From NCBI GenBank assembly GCA_028534125.1, contig CM052817.1, positions 28,026,001 through 28,089,775 of the forward strand: a stretch of DNA of 63,775 nt, read 5' to 3'. The position numbers and the translations under genes are program-made. The notes under the pieces are model-generated. The model was not told the DNA's origin. It saw only the letters and a program-made list of their open reading frames with translations, and did no database searches. Shown here in pieces: positions 1-13,600 of the stretch. Origin of the DNA: Lama glama (lineage: Eukaryota). Each line of letters opens with the position of its first letter. Position 1 is the first letter of the stretch.

Positions 1-658
1 GTGAATTTTCAAATATCCAAAAAAGGAGATGTCAATCTCTATTCTGGTCACTGATGTAAAATCAACAAAAATGCAATTAATTCAGAGGGCCTCCTGAATT
101 AATTAATGAGGTGACTAGGAACACCACAAGGCAGCATCAAGGACATGGTCTTTAACTTGCTTGGAAATACTGGAGTGCAAATAAACTGAGAGTGGATGAC
201 ACCTCTGTCGTCCTAGTGATCTCAGAAAACAGAGCCCCTGAGTAGAAAGGCCTTGCCTCCAAAAGGCTCTTACCAAGTTATGAAGGTTACATACTTGGTG
301 ACCAGAAGTTAAATGGTCTTCCAGAACTAAGGGCGATCTAACAATTATTGCTTACCTTTTGAAACTGAGGCCTGAAAAGCATATGAACACTTGGATAACT
401 TCTGTTAAATCATACTCAACTCACTAACTGCCATGTTAAGAGGTCCTATCAGCAAATTAACCTCTTGATGCTGTGGAACTGATTTCCAGCTCATTATAAG
501 ACGATATTAGTAAGACTTTTCTAAAAAATGAATTAGCGATGTGCAAATGTGATTAGTCGCAGTATATAAATTTGAAGTAAAATATACAAATGTGAAATAT
601 CAGAATCTAATTTTTACTTTACTTGGACAGTAGATGATTAAAGCAAAAAATTACAACA

Positions 659-1158
659 NNNNNNNNNNNNNNNNNNNNNNNNNNNNNNNNNNNNNNNNNN
701 NNNNNNNNNNNNNNNNNNNNNNNNNNNNNNNNNNNNNNNNNNNNNNNNNNNNNNNNNNNNNNNNNNNNNNNNNNNNNNNNNNNNNNNNNNNNNNNNNNNN
801 NNNNNNNNNNNNNNNNNNNNNNNNNNNNNNNNNNNNNNNNNNNNNNNNNNNNNNNNNNNNNNNNNNNNNNNNNNNNNNNNNNNNNNNNNNNNNNNNNNNN
901 NNNNNNNNNNNNNNNNNNNNNNNNNNNNNNNNNNNNNNNNNNNNNNNNNNNNNNNNNNNNNNNNNNNNNNNNNNNNNNNNNNNNNNNNNNNNNNNNNNNN
1001 NNNNNNNNNNNNNNNNNNNNNNNNNNNNNNNNNNNNNNNNNNNNNNNNNNNNNNNNNNNNNNNNNNNNNNNNNNNNNNNNNNNNNNNNNNNNNNNNNNNN
1101 NNNNNNNNNNNNNNNNNNNNNNNNNNNNNNNNNNNNNNNNNNNNNNNNNNNNNNNNNN
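659..1158. other. Assembly gap (500 N)
   Basis: Run of exactly 500 N. A fixed-length spacer, so true size is unknown. Confidence 0.99.
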
Positions 1159-2967
1159 CTAACTGACCCTTCTGCACTTTTCTCCCTCTATTAATTAACC
1201 TGTCCCCCTATCCCCTAGGGGATGTCTGCCTCCACCCAAACAGTACATCCAGCTACTCTCTTCTCCCCTACTCTCCAACTAAACGGTTCCTCTCTGCCAT
1301 CACTGAAGACATACACTGGAAAATACAGCTTACTGCAAAATGTACATGTCTAAGAAACTTTTAAATACATATTCAGCCAACAATGTACAAGCCAACAGGA
1401 TTTACATAAAGGAAAAGCTGAGATTCCCTCATCTCATGGCACTTTCTCAAGGTAAGGAATGCTAACTGATGCACCCTTTCCCTGGACAAACATGTGCATA
1501 TTTGTTTTCTTTCTTTTTAAAAATGTATTTCTCTGCAACTTGGTTTCCCACTTAACAAAAGATACTTTCAGGACAAAGTATAAAGATGGTTTATTTTTGA
1601 AAAACAATCCAGTGTACAATGGGTCAGATAATTGCATAGACTCACAAGACTCCCCAGGGTGTATTCATAAAAAGCTTTAATCAAAGTAGAGGATATGGTA
1701 CAGCAGGAAAACAAAAGCCTAGGTAAGAATCAGGAGCCTGGAAATTTCTAGGCACAGTCCCCTGGGGTCCCTTTCCATCCACCTAGGATGTGGATTTTGA
1801 ACCTCTATGATATGTACAATAAATCTTAATTTCAGAGAAGCCTGGGGAAAAGCTTCCAGGGTGTCTTTTATACCCTCTAGCCAACGAAACAAGCTAGGCT
1901 ATGTATAGGTAAAGCCAGGTAACACATCAATCTATATACATCCTTAAACTGAGCAGAGAGGCTAGTTTCAGATGCTCCAGGGAGTTTCAAACCCTACACA
2001 GTGTGTTAATTCACCAGGGAGTCCATCTCATCCTGCTCATGGCCAAAGTTGGGCATCACAATTCCCAATGTCCCTGAGACAAGCAGAGAGCGATTCCAGT
2101 CCAGCTGCAAAACAGCTCTGTTTTACACAACAGCTGTATCATAGTATAGTCAACTATCCTCCTGTTGATGGAAATTCTGACTTCTATTTTTTTCTACCAC
2201 CTCAAACAACCCTGAAATATATCCACATGATTATATTCCACAGGAGAGGGTCCCCAAAGAGCACTGCTAGCTCGAGGGCATTTGCATTTATACGTTCATC
2301 ATACACAACTACATGACTTCCCTGCTGCGATCCACACTGTCACCAGCACTACGTGAGGTTCCACTGACTATGAACTCAGAAAGGCACAAATCGCTATCAG
2401 CCATCTGAATTTTGTCCATCTGATGGGTATTTGGTATTTATTCCGAAAGTTTCCATGGCCTGGATTATTCCAAGTGTAAATTACCTTTATGTCCTACTCT
2501 GAGTTAGAATTCTAACTAGCAGAGCATCTCTGCTATGTAGCATAGAACCTTGCTACTCAACAGGTTGTCCAGAGACCTGTAGCATCAGCTTCCCTGGAGG
2601 CTTCTTAGAACTAAGGAAATGTTTTTATCCACCGCCCCCTACCCCTACCCCAATTCATTTGTTCTTGAAATACGAAACTGGAACACAGAAATAAAAGCTC
2701 AAAGTGCACAGCTTCTTCAAATCTGCGGCTAGATCCATCTTAGGATATGGAGAACAATGCAGAATTCTGGTGAAGTTGAAAATCAACTCACAACATACAA
2801 ATCAAGGCTTGAATACTGCTCAAGGATAAAAGTCAGTTACAGTTCATTGTTGTTTCTACTTCTGAATTGGTTCCTAAGTGGCTAACTGGAGAACAATTAA
2901 GAACAAGTAAAATAGGCCACGTCACATGCTGGTGACTAAAACAGTAACCTAATTATTTTTTAACCGC

Positions 2968-2983
2968 TGACCTCCTCTGACCT
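2968..2983 (-). promoter_or_regulatory. Perfect DR4 nuclear-receptor motif (AGGTCA-gagg-AGGTCA) in ATP8A1 intron 5
   Basis: The plus strand reads tgacct-cctc-tgacct. The motif is certain; function is inferred only. Confidence 0.4.
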
Positions 2984-4459
2984 GGCTCGAACCAGGTGTA
3001 GAGGAAACAAGGAAAAATGCCGGGTCCTTTGCTGAATTTTTAGCTTCCTTGCGCCAAAAGTACACCTACTTTACAACTTTGGAGTGTAAGAGGTCAAGAA
3101 GGGAAGCCATGGAGGACGTGATTAGTGAAGCCTGGTAGGGACAGAGGGGACAGAGCATGCAAGGACAGAGCTGACAATGGCCTGTCTCATGACGCTTTAA
3201 CAGCTCCTTCTTTTAAATGCAAAGCTCCTCCACTTCTCCCCAGTTCCCCAAACACACCTGCCACAGTTTCCACACAGGCTAATTAGTCTGACAGCATGCA
3301 TGGGAGGGCTCAGCACCTCAAGTGTGACCTGCCTTTACTTAGCAGGATGCTACTGAACAGCTTTGTTGTAATGGGTTTTCTTTCTTGAAATGAAAACATT
3401 CTGTTAGAGTCCCTTGGGAATCCCCTGATCAGATCAAAGGCCCTGGAGAAACTGTCAGTCTCTCAGGACTCATCGCACGGGTACAGGTGCCGGCTTGGCT
3501 TCTCACACTGGCTTCTCTGAGAGAAGCCGCCAGCCCTGCAATCGAACTCGTCTACCACTGGGGCCGTTCCTGAGCAATCAAGCCACTTCTTGAAGTGTGT
3601 AACAAGAGGCAAGTTGTCCAAAAGGACAATGGGCACCACCGCTGTCACGGAAGACAGAGAAACCACAGAAAAGGCAGTACGCTGCAATTTCTAGGTGGGA
3701 GCAAGCCCTGAAGAGGAACTTCAGTTCACCAACAAGGGTAAGAGTGCAACTGACTGAACTCTGACTTTGAAACAGGCAGAGAAGGAAAACCAACAGAGCC
3801 ACGTTAAAGCATCAATTGGTCCACTACGCAGACCCTTACTTACAAAGACAACTTGAAGGCAAAAATCTCTTGTGGAACAAACTGACATTGCGCAGAGGTC
3901 TCCTGCACGAACGTGTCTACAAAGGTCAAGTTAAGCAACAGTCTGCTTGGGGTCTTAACACAAAAGACAACAGGGAAGTCCTCAGTTCCCCACTCGTCCA
4001 CATTCTCTGAAGAGATTTCCAGTGAGTTGATATCACTTCTATTAACTCACTTATAAAACCTTTAACAGTGGTCAGCACTAGCAATCAGCCTCACTGAGCA
4101 TTTCTTAGCAGTGAGATGCTGGGGTCCCATGCAAGGCCTACAGAAACTACAGGGGTGAGTCTCGGCAAGCTGTTTGAGAACCAGTGACTTATTAAAAAAA
4201 ATATGGGTGAGATGATGTGAGCAGAGCACAGGGGTCAACCATTTCCTTTGTCAAAATATTTTCCCGCAATCCTGCTCACCACCATGAATCACTTGTTTTT
4301 TCCTTTATGTAATGAAGAAGTTCCTTCAAAGAAAAATCTCCCTCCACCGCCTCACCAGTCATTCCACCCTTCCCTGCAACCAGGCCTCAGTTCTCACAGC
4401 TCCACAACTGCTCTCCGGTTTGGAATCAGAACTCCGGTTAAGAACAGTGACTTTTTTGT

Positions 4460-4610
4460 TTTTAAATTGAAGTACAGTTGATTTACAATATTGTTTAGTT
4501 TCAGGTGTATAACACAGTAATTCAGTTTTTTTCAGATTATATTTCCATTATAGGTTATACAAGATATTGAGTATAATTCCCTGTGCTAAATCCTTACTGC
4601 TTATCTATTT
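4460..4610 (-). mobile_element. L1 3' UTR fragment
   Basis: ttttaaattgaagtacagttgatttacaatattg...gttatacaagatattgagtataattccctgtgcta is the reverse complement of the 3' end type also seen at ~21470-21620. Confidence 0.8.
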
Positions 4611-4998
4611 GATGATTTCTTAAATGCTCGATTAGTGGGCCTCACAATCCTGGTCCTCTTTTAATTCAGCAGCGTCTGGTGTTTGATGGGGTTTCCCCTC
4701 CTTTGCCAAGCCTAGTTGGATCTATCCACTGTGTATTCTCCTTTGTCACCGCCCTTTCCCCCTTCCCAAATTAATCAAAAGTCAGTCTTCCTTTGGCCTC
4801 ACCCCACCCCTCCCCATACAGGTGTCACATTCTTTGCTCAAAAGTACAACTGGGAACCTAGCCGTACTTTTCAGTAATTCTCCCCAAGTTCTTCACCCCG
4901 GTTTTCAAAAACCTCCAAATTATGACCCTAATGTGCCTTCCCGTCCCAGCCCCCATTGCTCCCTGCCATGTATGCTATACTGCAGCCAAAACAGACTA

Positions 4999-5125
4999 TA
5001 TTCAGCCCTCTGTATCCACTCCCTATCATGCCATTTTACATAAGGGACTTGAGCATCCTCAGATTTTGGTACTTGAGTGGAGGGGGTCCTGGAACCAATT
5101 CCCCATGGATACTGAGGGACAACGG
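4999..5125 (-). mobile_element. MER2-like (TcMar-Tigger) non-autonomous DNA transposon, internally deleted
   Basis: Both terminal inverted repeats present (tattcagccctctgtatcc ... ggatactgagggacaacgg), with TA on each side. Internal aagggacttgagcatcc...ggtcctggaaccaat matches MER2 as I recall it. Confidence 0.75.
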
Positions 5126-5675
5126 TATTTGCTATGCCCAGAAAATATCTCATGCCTTCCCACTTCCTCCTGCACCCATCCCGATAGCTCTGCTTACTTT
5201 ACAAACCTTGCATGTGGCATTTCTGAATTCCCGTCTCTCTCATTTGGCCTTTATTAGTTTTTCTATGTTGTATCATAGTATCAGCAAGTATCTTATCTCC
5301 CCTACCGGATTCTAATTTCCTGTAGGGCAAAAATGAAGCCTGGTTTCTTTATGCATTTTCTGCACTGGGTCTTACACAAGGTAGATGTTCAATAAAGACT
5401 TACTGAACTGAAATAATAAACATTCTAACTTTGGATCACACCTATTTTTCTCCTTCCACTTTAACTATGGCCCTCAGTTTCCCTAGTGGGTTTTGCAACT
5501 GGGTGTGCAACTTTTATTTATAGGACAAATGAAAGACAATATAGGGTTGTACTTCCCCACAAATACCTCCTCTTCATCCAGGGCTACTGCTGAAAGTATC
5601 TGACCAGTTCAATTTATAAAATCCTAAGATTTTAAAATTTTAATTTGAAGATATTAACAAACTTAGAGGTGTCTG

Positions 5676-6216
5676 CCTGCACCCCAATGTTCATAGCAGC
5701 ACTACCTACAATAGCGAAGACATGGAAACAGCCCAAATGTCCATTAACAGACGATTGCATAAAGATGTCATATATTTATACAATGGAATAGTATTTAGCC
5801 ATAAAAATGACAACACAACGCCATTTGCAGCAACACGGATGTCCCGGGAGAATGTCATTCTAAGTGAAGTAAGCCAGAAGGAGAAAGAAAAATACCATAT
5901 GAGATCACTCATATGTGGAATCTAAAAAAATAAATGAACATAAATACAAAACAGAAACAAACTCACAGATACAGAATACAAACTTGTGGTTGCCGGTAGG
6001 AAGGGACAGATTGGGAGTTCGAAATTTGTAGATACTGACAGGCATGTGTAGAATAGATAAACAAGATTATACTGTATAGCAAAGGGAACTATATACAAAA
6101 GATCTTGTGGTAGCTCACAGTGAAAAAGAATGTGACAATGAATATAAATATGTTCATGTATAACTGAAAAATTAAGCTCTACATTGTAAACTGACTATAA
6201 CTTAGTTAAAAAAAAT
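5676..6216 (+). mobile_element. 5'-truncated young L1 (end of ORF2 + 3' UTR) with 14-bp TSD
   Basis: ORF2 C-terminus ..ENVILSEVSQKEKEKYHMRSLICGI, then an A tail. TSD cttagaggtgtctg at 5662-5675 and 6217-6230. Confidence 0.92.
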
Positions 6217-9200
6217 CTTAGAGGTGTCTGAAAACATTCTTTAGGCCATATATGCACTCAATTTTTAAGTCCAATTTTTAAGCTCATGGAAACAATACTT
6301 CCTAAGAACTGTTTTAGGCAAGTGATGTACATGCTGTAGAGTACAGGTTTAGGCCTATGGACGGACCAGGTGTGGAGACACCTCCAGGGAGACAAAAAGG
6401 CTGCACAGTGGCTTTTTCAATAAGTCAGGAAAGTGGTGCTATTTTAAGTCCCTTTGCAGGAAATAAATTCAACCAGATGGACTCAGCCCTATAGTAGGTC
6501 ATTTCAGGCTTAACAACCTAGAATGTATTCAACCCACACCAACTCAACACCTTTTCCATTAAGGCCTTTAAAGATGAAGTAGCTTCCAGTTGAAGATAAG
6601 CAACTCTGTGTCCTGCAGGGAAGTCGCCCTGTTAGCGGTTATCAGCCACCACCAACTCAACACCACTTCTGCAAAGGCTGAAGGAGCTCCAGGGAAGGAG
6701 GATACAGGTGCAGATGAGAGCTATTGTTTTTAGCTATGTGCCTAGTTAAGAAGAATCTCATGCTGTCTTTTTCTAAATTAAATTAAACACAGCAAAACTA
6801 CTTTATTAAAGACTTATTTTAATCTAATACCTACAAGGTATGAAACAATCTAACTGTGGTCATGGTGGCCCTCATTCCCCTGCAGCATCCAGCCAGGTGA
6901 CTGATATGCTGCCAGAGGTCACAGGCATCTCCCAGACACGCGCCCCTGCAGAAGGTATGCACACCAACCTTCAGAGAAAATATCCAAGCCTGGGATTTTA
7001 AAAAAGCAAACTTACTTCACTAAGAGGCATTTTTAATTTCAGTTTTTCAGATCGCAATTACCTTAGCCTGTACCTCAATCTTATCCTTTCCCAGGCCTCC
7101 ATATTGTGATTTTATGCAAATCTATCATTCCACTTGAAATATTGACATGCTGGCCATAATAGTATTTCATTAAAAAAGGCATATATTTATAATTTAATAA
7201 AAGAAGTAGCTCAATCCACAACACATTCATACAGGGATTGGCTTCAATATACATATTATAATGATAACTACCAGTGTATAATTTACAAACTTCTGCAGAG
7301 CCAGATTAGGCAAAAAAAAAAGCAATTCAGGAATACATTGAGAGACTGCCTCCAGTGTGTGTAGACACATGGAGGAGGGTATGTCAAATACTGTGAGTTC
7401 AAATACTGAGGAAGCAATCAGGAAAAAATGAAGGCAAGTTTACATGCCAGGAAAGCCAGGGCATTCTGAATATGACAGTGCTCTGAGGCTTCGGGTAACA
7501 GAAGTAATAGATGGATACATACTGTGTTCACAGGAGGCAGAGCAGACTAAAATGATGATGTAATGACTTCAACAGAGAAAGTAAAGAGGCAGCAAGAACT
7601 TCCACTGTATTAGTTTTTTCTCTCTTTTTGAAATCAGTGCCTGTGAAACAGTCTGAGACACAGCGTTTTAAAAAGTACTGCTTTTCATCTTGCTCACACC
7701 CTAGATAATGAATTTTCAAGAAGGCGCTTTTCATTTCTGCTCTCTTCTTGCTTTCTTACTTGCACTGCAGTATCTATACAGAGAATGGTTAACTCACTCA
7801 CACAGAGCACCTGCTAAGGAAGGGGCGGATGCTACAGCTGTGCGGACACAAAGATGAGGGAGAGGGTGGACCTGCCTTCTGCAGAATCCATAATATAACA
7901 CCTGATCGAGTTCATTAATTTGTGAAGATGAGGCATCAGACAGGTACCAGTTCACAGTTAAATGGCTGAAAATGTTGTTCATGAAATTATAGATTTATAT
8001 TTCTGAAGTCACGAGGGAATGACAGAGAAAAGTCACTCTCTGGTGCCTCAGATCAAAATAAGGAGAGAAGATAATCATTTCTCTAAGAATGTAGACAGAT
8101 TAACATTTGAGTCCGAGGGAAAGGCGTCCTTTTATGTACTGCATGGTCTCGGTAAACATTTAGAAAATAAAATTTTATGTTAAATACTTCAAATGTCTGT
8201 CAAAAATTAATTATCTGCCAAAAGTAACCCCCTTTCCACTCCTACACCCATTGCTGCCTTAACTCAGGAAAGCAAACTGAATTTCATTCTTGTCTAATGA
8301 CAACAGATGGCTTTCACATAAAGCAATTAGAGCTATCTGACCGCAAACAGCATCCTGTAACAGCACCCTGTAAATCCTATGAACATTTCTGTTATCTCCT
8401 AACAAATGCAAAACTAAAAAGATGATCAATACTTGATCTAGGCAAAGAAAAAAGTGATTCCCTTCTCTTGGAAAACAATTTCAAGTATCAAACTAAGGCC
8501 ATCGTTTCTTAGACATGGGATTTCTAAGAATTCTGCTGACTTAAAATGGTCTTTACATGTAGGCCCTGATAGTTTATTTTCGACATGAGTTTTAAATACT
8601 GTAGAAGCCTTTCCTCTCACTTGCCTATTCTTCATTTCTAGCCATAGGGCTAAGCTAATCCTGTCAGCCCACAATGAACTGCTGAACCAAGAATGATAAC
8701 CAAGAAAGAATATTTTCTCTGAAGAGTAGACAAAAGGAAGTATTTTTGGGAGTAGGCAAGTGTCTGGAAAACCAGAGAACCCATGAATACAGGATGGAGT
8801 AGCCTAAAATCATCCTGGCTATGACAGTGACTCTTCACCAGTACAACGTCGACTTCTAGGGCCAAGACTTGAAAATAAGTGAATGCCAGTCCCTGAGGAC
8901 AGGAGCCTGCTGGAACAAGACACATTACATACTGGGAAAAAATAGTTACATATTTTTAGTTCAAAAGCTGTTAGTGAATATTCTGAGCAACATGGCAACA
9001 AACACAAAAACTTGCACATCACCAAAAATACCAGTACCTGACATACTTGGGTTTTTTCCCCGTTCATTAGCTGGGGTTGTCCCTTCCCACCCAAACTCCT
9101 GGAGCAGCTTAGTCCCCACACTTCTGATAGTCCCCGGTTCCCTTTTGTTCTGCTCTCCAGCTTTAATCTGCATGTTCTTAGTGTCTCTTTTTCGCTTGTA

Positions 9201-10629
9201 AACCTTCAACAGCTGGTCAGCATACATAAGACAAATTGGAATCTCCTTGGCTTGGCATTCAAAGCCCTGTAAAATTTGACCCTGGCCTACATTTCTAATC
9301 ATGTCTTTGCTCTTCTTTGCTATAAATCTCCTATATCTCCACTCTAATAGTGGTTCAGCAAAGCAATCCAGCAGCCTTTTTCATCTCCGTTCAGGAAAAT
9401 CTCTCTCCCTCCTTCTCACTCAACAACACAAGTAATGTCTTCCCCAGGGGCCTCTGCTCATCTAAAGTTTTCCTCGAATTCAAGATCTAGCTCAAGTTGC
9501 CCCACGATTCTCTCTCCTTCTTTTGAATCATATAACATTTGACACAGGAACCACTGTTTGCCACAAAAATCGAGAGACACTGAGATCATGTCAGCCAAAC
9601 CCTTCATTTCTCACACAATATTGTTTTACCTTTTAAATAGTTCCCATCTTACACTTTTTCATATGTCCCATAATAAATATAACCTCAGTAAATATTTAGT
9701 TGATTTATTAGGCAATGTTTTAATAAATGCACCTTCCTCAAATGCATCATAGATCAGCAGATAATTCCTTTGGTGGAAGATGGTGAGAAAAGAGGCAGAG
9801 CATTTTGACAGGGTTCCCTAACAGTCATGCTGTATAAAAATACTGTTTTAATTACCAGCCCATTTAGGCAGACATGGCTCATCCTCATCACAACAGGGCA
9901 GGTGAGAGAGAGATGAGATTCTCAGGTGGGGCGAGCTCAGGGATGAGATATCTGTTTCCCATGCTTCTGGGTATTTTTTTTTTTTAAATTGAGAGCACAA
10001 TGGTCTATTTGCTTGCATCAAACGTCATTTGGTTTTGATTCCATCAAAATGAGATCCCCAACAAAAAAGCCATGTCAAAATGAGATGTGCTTCCCAGCAG
10101 CTGGCCTGGTTTTACTTGTTTTATTTCTTTCAGGAGCACATATCATCTCCAAGTCCAGGATAACTCAAAGTGCTTTCAAAATGCCTTCCACCAAAGAAAC
10201 ATCATATCTGATTATTTTCTATAAATCTTATCTCAGGTAATATCTACAGATCACACACACACAAATAAAGACATTCTGCTTTAACACTGTCAAAAACAAC
10301 TGCAGATTTTATGGACAATACTTGTGAGTACATTGCTATGAGGCACTTAAATGTATTAAAAATGTTACTTTTCAAAAAGTATTACCCTGCAAATCACTCT
10401 AATCTGAATTTTTAAGTGTCATGCTAATAAATGCTACAAAGCAAGAATCTACCCTGGAACAAAAACTTAAGAGATACACAATATTCTTCATTGTGGGGGA
10501 CTGCCAAGATGGCAGAGTACATGGATGTGATGCTCACCCTCTTCCACGAATATATGTAATTGAAGCGATTTGTAAATATTATCATGAGCGTATTTGATAG
10601 ATACAGGAAACAAAATATAAAATTCCTAC

Positions 10630-10675
10630 CTTGTGTCTGTTTCTTGTTCACTGCATTATCAGCTTTATGTCGTTT
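10630..10675 (-). CDS. ATP8A1: ATP8A1 coding exon 5 (KRHKADNAVNKKQTQ-, phase 1 end)
   Basis: tttag|AAACGACAT...ACACAAG|gtagga; 46 nt; continues the frame of exon 4. Confidence 0.95.
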
Positions 10676-13600
10676 CTAAAGTTTAAAAGCAAAAACAAAA
10701 ACTGTGAAAACATGTATGAGATTAATAAAACAAAATAGCACCTGTAACAAAACCGAGATTTCTTTTAACTTCTGTTTCTCAAGGCTTTTATCCTTTCATG
10801 TCCATATCAATTGTAGAAGTTCCCATGCCAGGGGTGTGGTAGGGGAGCAATCAGAGGGTATATAGAAATTTAAAAACTGGAAGTGTGATCCACAGCATCT
10901 TTATATGCTAGTCCTCTTCTTGGAGTATAGGTGTGTGGTCCTCGGAAGGATATGACATTATCACATGCGTAAGATTAAAGTTTTACAAATACTAATGTAC
11001 TAGAAAAGATGGAGCTGAAAGGCTGATTTAGTCTTAAATAACTTGCTTAAATAAGAAGATTGCCCAAGAGAATCATCTGTAGTAACTACCATTTAGTAAT
11101 GGCACAGAATTATTGTTTCTTATGAAGTTCATTATCCAATTAAGCTGAGTACATCCTCTATCATTTAATGACGTGTTGATGTCTGTCAGTGACTAGAACC
11201 AAATACATCTACCATTTGCATAAAGCTGCTTCTCTCCACTGCTCTCCACAGCCCGCCTCCCCCATCATAAGTCACTGAACCTCATTTTTCTTTCTCCAAA
11301 CCACGAAAAAATTAAAAAGTAAACAAGTGAGTGAGTCTAAGTCTAGGTGGGTGAGTTTGAAGAGTCACATAAGCCAAGATTTTATAGCAGCAAGAAAGAG
11401 AAAGGGAAGGTCAGAGGAAAGGTGAGGATCTGCGTGGCGAGAAGAAGCTATCTTCTCTGTGGTTCAACTAGAGGTCTTCCATGGCTTCCGTCTGAACTCG
11501 CAGCATCGAGTGTAACAAGTCAGCCTCTACTGACGTTGCACAAAAGTGCTGAGTGTGACCAATCAAAGATTCTATCACAGAAAGCCCAGGGTCAGATTTA
11601 GCTGCACACTCCCAACTATAAGGTGGGTTGGCACGAATGTAAAACAAATGAATTCCTAAGTCCCCCGTCCAAGAAGAAACATGGTTTTTAGAATCACAGG
11701 GCACAAATGAAAACACTTTTCAAGAGAAAAGCCTGGGCTTGTAGATTAGCACTCCAAGACCCGGCAGTGCTCACGAGGAGAGGCATAATAGCTGGCAGTG
11801 TGAACTCAGTTCATCCAAACAATCAGCCACTGAACTGCACAAAATGCAAATAGGGCATTCAGAATGCCTCTGTGGGAGGCTTCCTGAAAATGATTCTTGC
11901 CACATCCACATGCAGGAACACACTACAGTTCTTTCTCATAATGAAACACTCACTAATAAAGGTGTAATAATGCAGACTTTTAGTACGCAAATTATTGCTT
12001 CCAAAAGCAGATGATTTGCCAGCAAATGTTCTTAAATAAAATTTAAAAGTTCTATTAAATTTGTAGCATCAGTGGAGAAGATTCCATGACTGATAAACTC
12101 TAAAATATTTTTTTTGTAATTGTTGTTAATCAAGATCTTAAGAAAATTAGAAAGTAACCCAAAATAAATTTTGGTCGAAAATAACAGTCCAAGGCAAATT
12201 TAGATATTTGAAGGCAGTGCAAATATTTCCAGAACAATCACATCTATGATAGACAATGGTTAGACTTCCAACTAAAGGAGACAAATAAAAGCTAATTAAT
12301 GAAACATTCCACTTAAACTGGAAATTTAATCTTAGTGAAACCTAAGGAGATTCTGAACATTACTTTCCACCTGTAGAGAATTCTTGTACAGAAGCCTCCC
12401 CTCCTCACCCTTCCCACCACAAAATAAATTGAGTTACCTGTCAAGAAACAATTGTGTTGAAGATACATGAGGATCCAACCCAGGGAGGTAGATTCTAATC
12501 TTATCATTAACCCCCGCCAAAAAACCCCAAAAAACAAAAAAAAACTTTGTATCTTAAAGAGATCATCATTCCTTCTAAAATGAATAGTTCACAGAAAATT
12601 AATACAGCTATCCTCTGAGCTCAAACGCCTCTACTGTCGTGCAATCAGAACTCAGTATCACTGAGAGCTCGTGAATTATTTATTATTATCAATATCTGAT
12701 TGACAGTGCTCCAATAAACTCTACTGTATAAAGACCGCCATGAACTGTAGGGTACTTAAGCATGCAGTGCTGACCACCCCTTCCTCCTGGGAACCCTTCC
12801 CCTCTAGGCATTTCCTAAGACATCTTGCCCAGGTGATCCATCTGCATCTTGGCCCCTTCTTGTCTCTCAGTGATGGGTTTCCTTAAGGCTCACTCCTTGG
12901 CCCTCTCTGCTTCTCATTCTATACTCTCTTTGATCATTCATACCTGCAATTTCAATGACAACCATCATCTAAATATATACCAGCCAAGACTCTCATCTGA
13001 GCCCCAGTCACATCCAGCTGTCTCCTTAACAGCTCCCTCTGGCAGTCTCAAAGGCATCGCAAGCTATGTTCAAAAGGCAACCTATGACTATAAGCCCCAA
13101 GACTTGGTACTTGTCTCAGACATGCAACCATATACCATTCAACTGCACAAACCAGGAACTTGAGAGTCCTAAGTACGTTCTCTCCCTTTCACTCCTATCC
13201 AATACATTTCTTCTCCCAATAAATGTTTACAAACCACTATGTGCCAGGCCCTGTTACTATTACTGATAGAGCAATGAACAAGAGACAAAAACTCGTGCTC
13301 TCATGGAACTTACATTCCAGTGGTTGGAGAGAAAACATTAATAACATAAAAAATTAGATAAATAAATAAATAAAATACGTAGAGTATATAGCAAGCCAGA
13401 TAGTGTTGTCTTGTCAATATTACTCCTAAATATATATCATTTTTCCATATTTCTTTATCTTTATAATAACACTTAAGTCTAAGACATCTTCATGTTTTCC
13501 TACCAACTACTACCAAAATTCTTTTTGTTTTCCTTCCAATTCATTTAACATATTTTGGTCAAAAAGATCTTTGGGTGATGATGATTAACATCATTAACAT

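Noticed and set aside
634..1194. Long ORFs spanning the first gap (likewise 26930-27559)
   Set aside because: Artefacts of N runs translated as X.
1..10629. ATP8A1 exon 6 (..LRNGAWEIVHWEK)
   Set aside because: Not found by eye on the minus strand. It presumably lies beyond the window or in the gap, so this is not evidence of exon loss.
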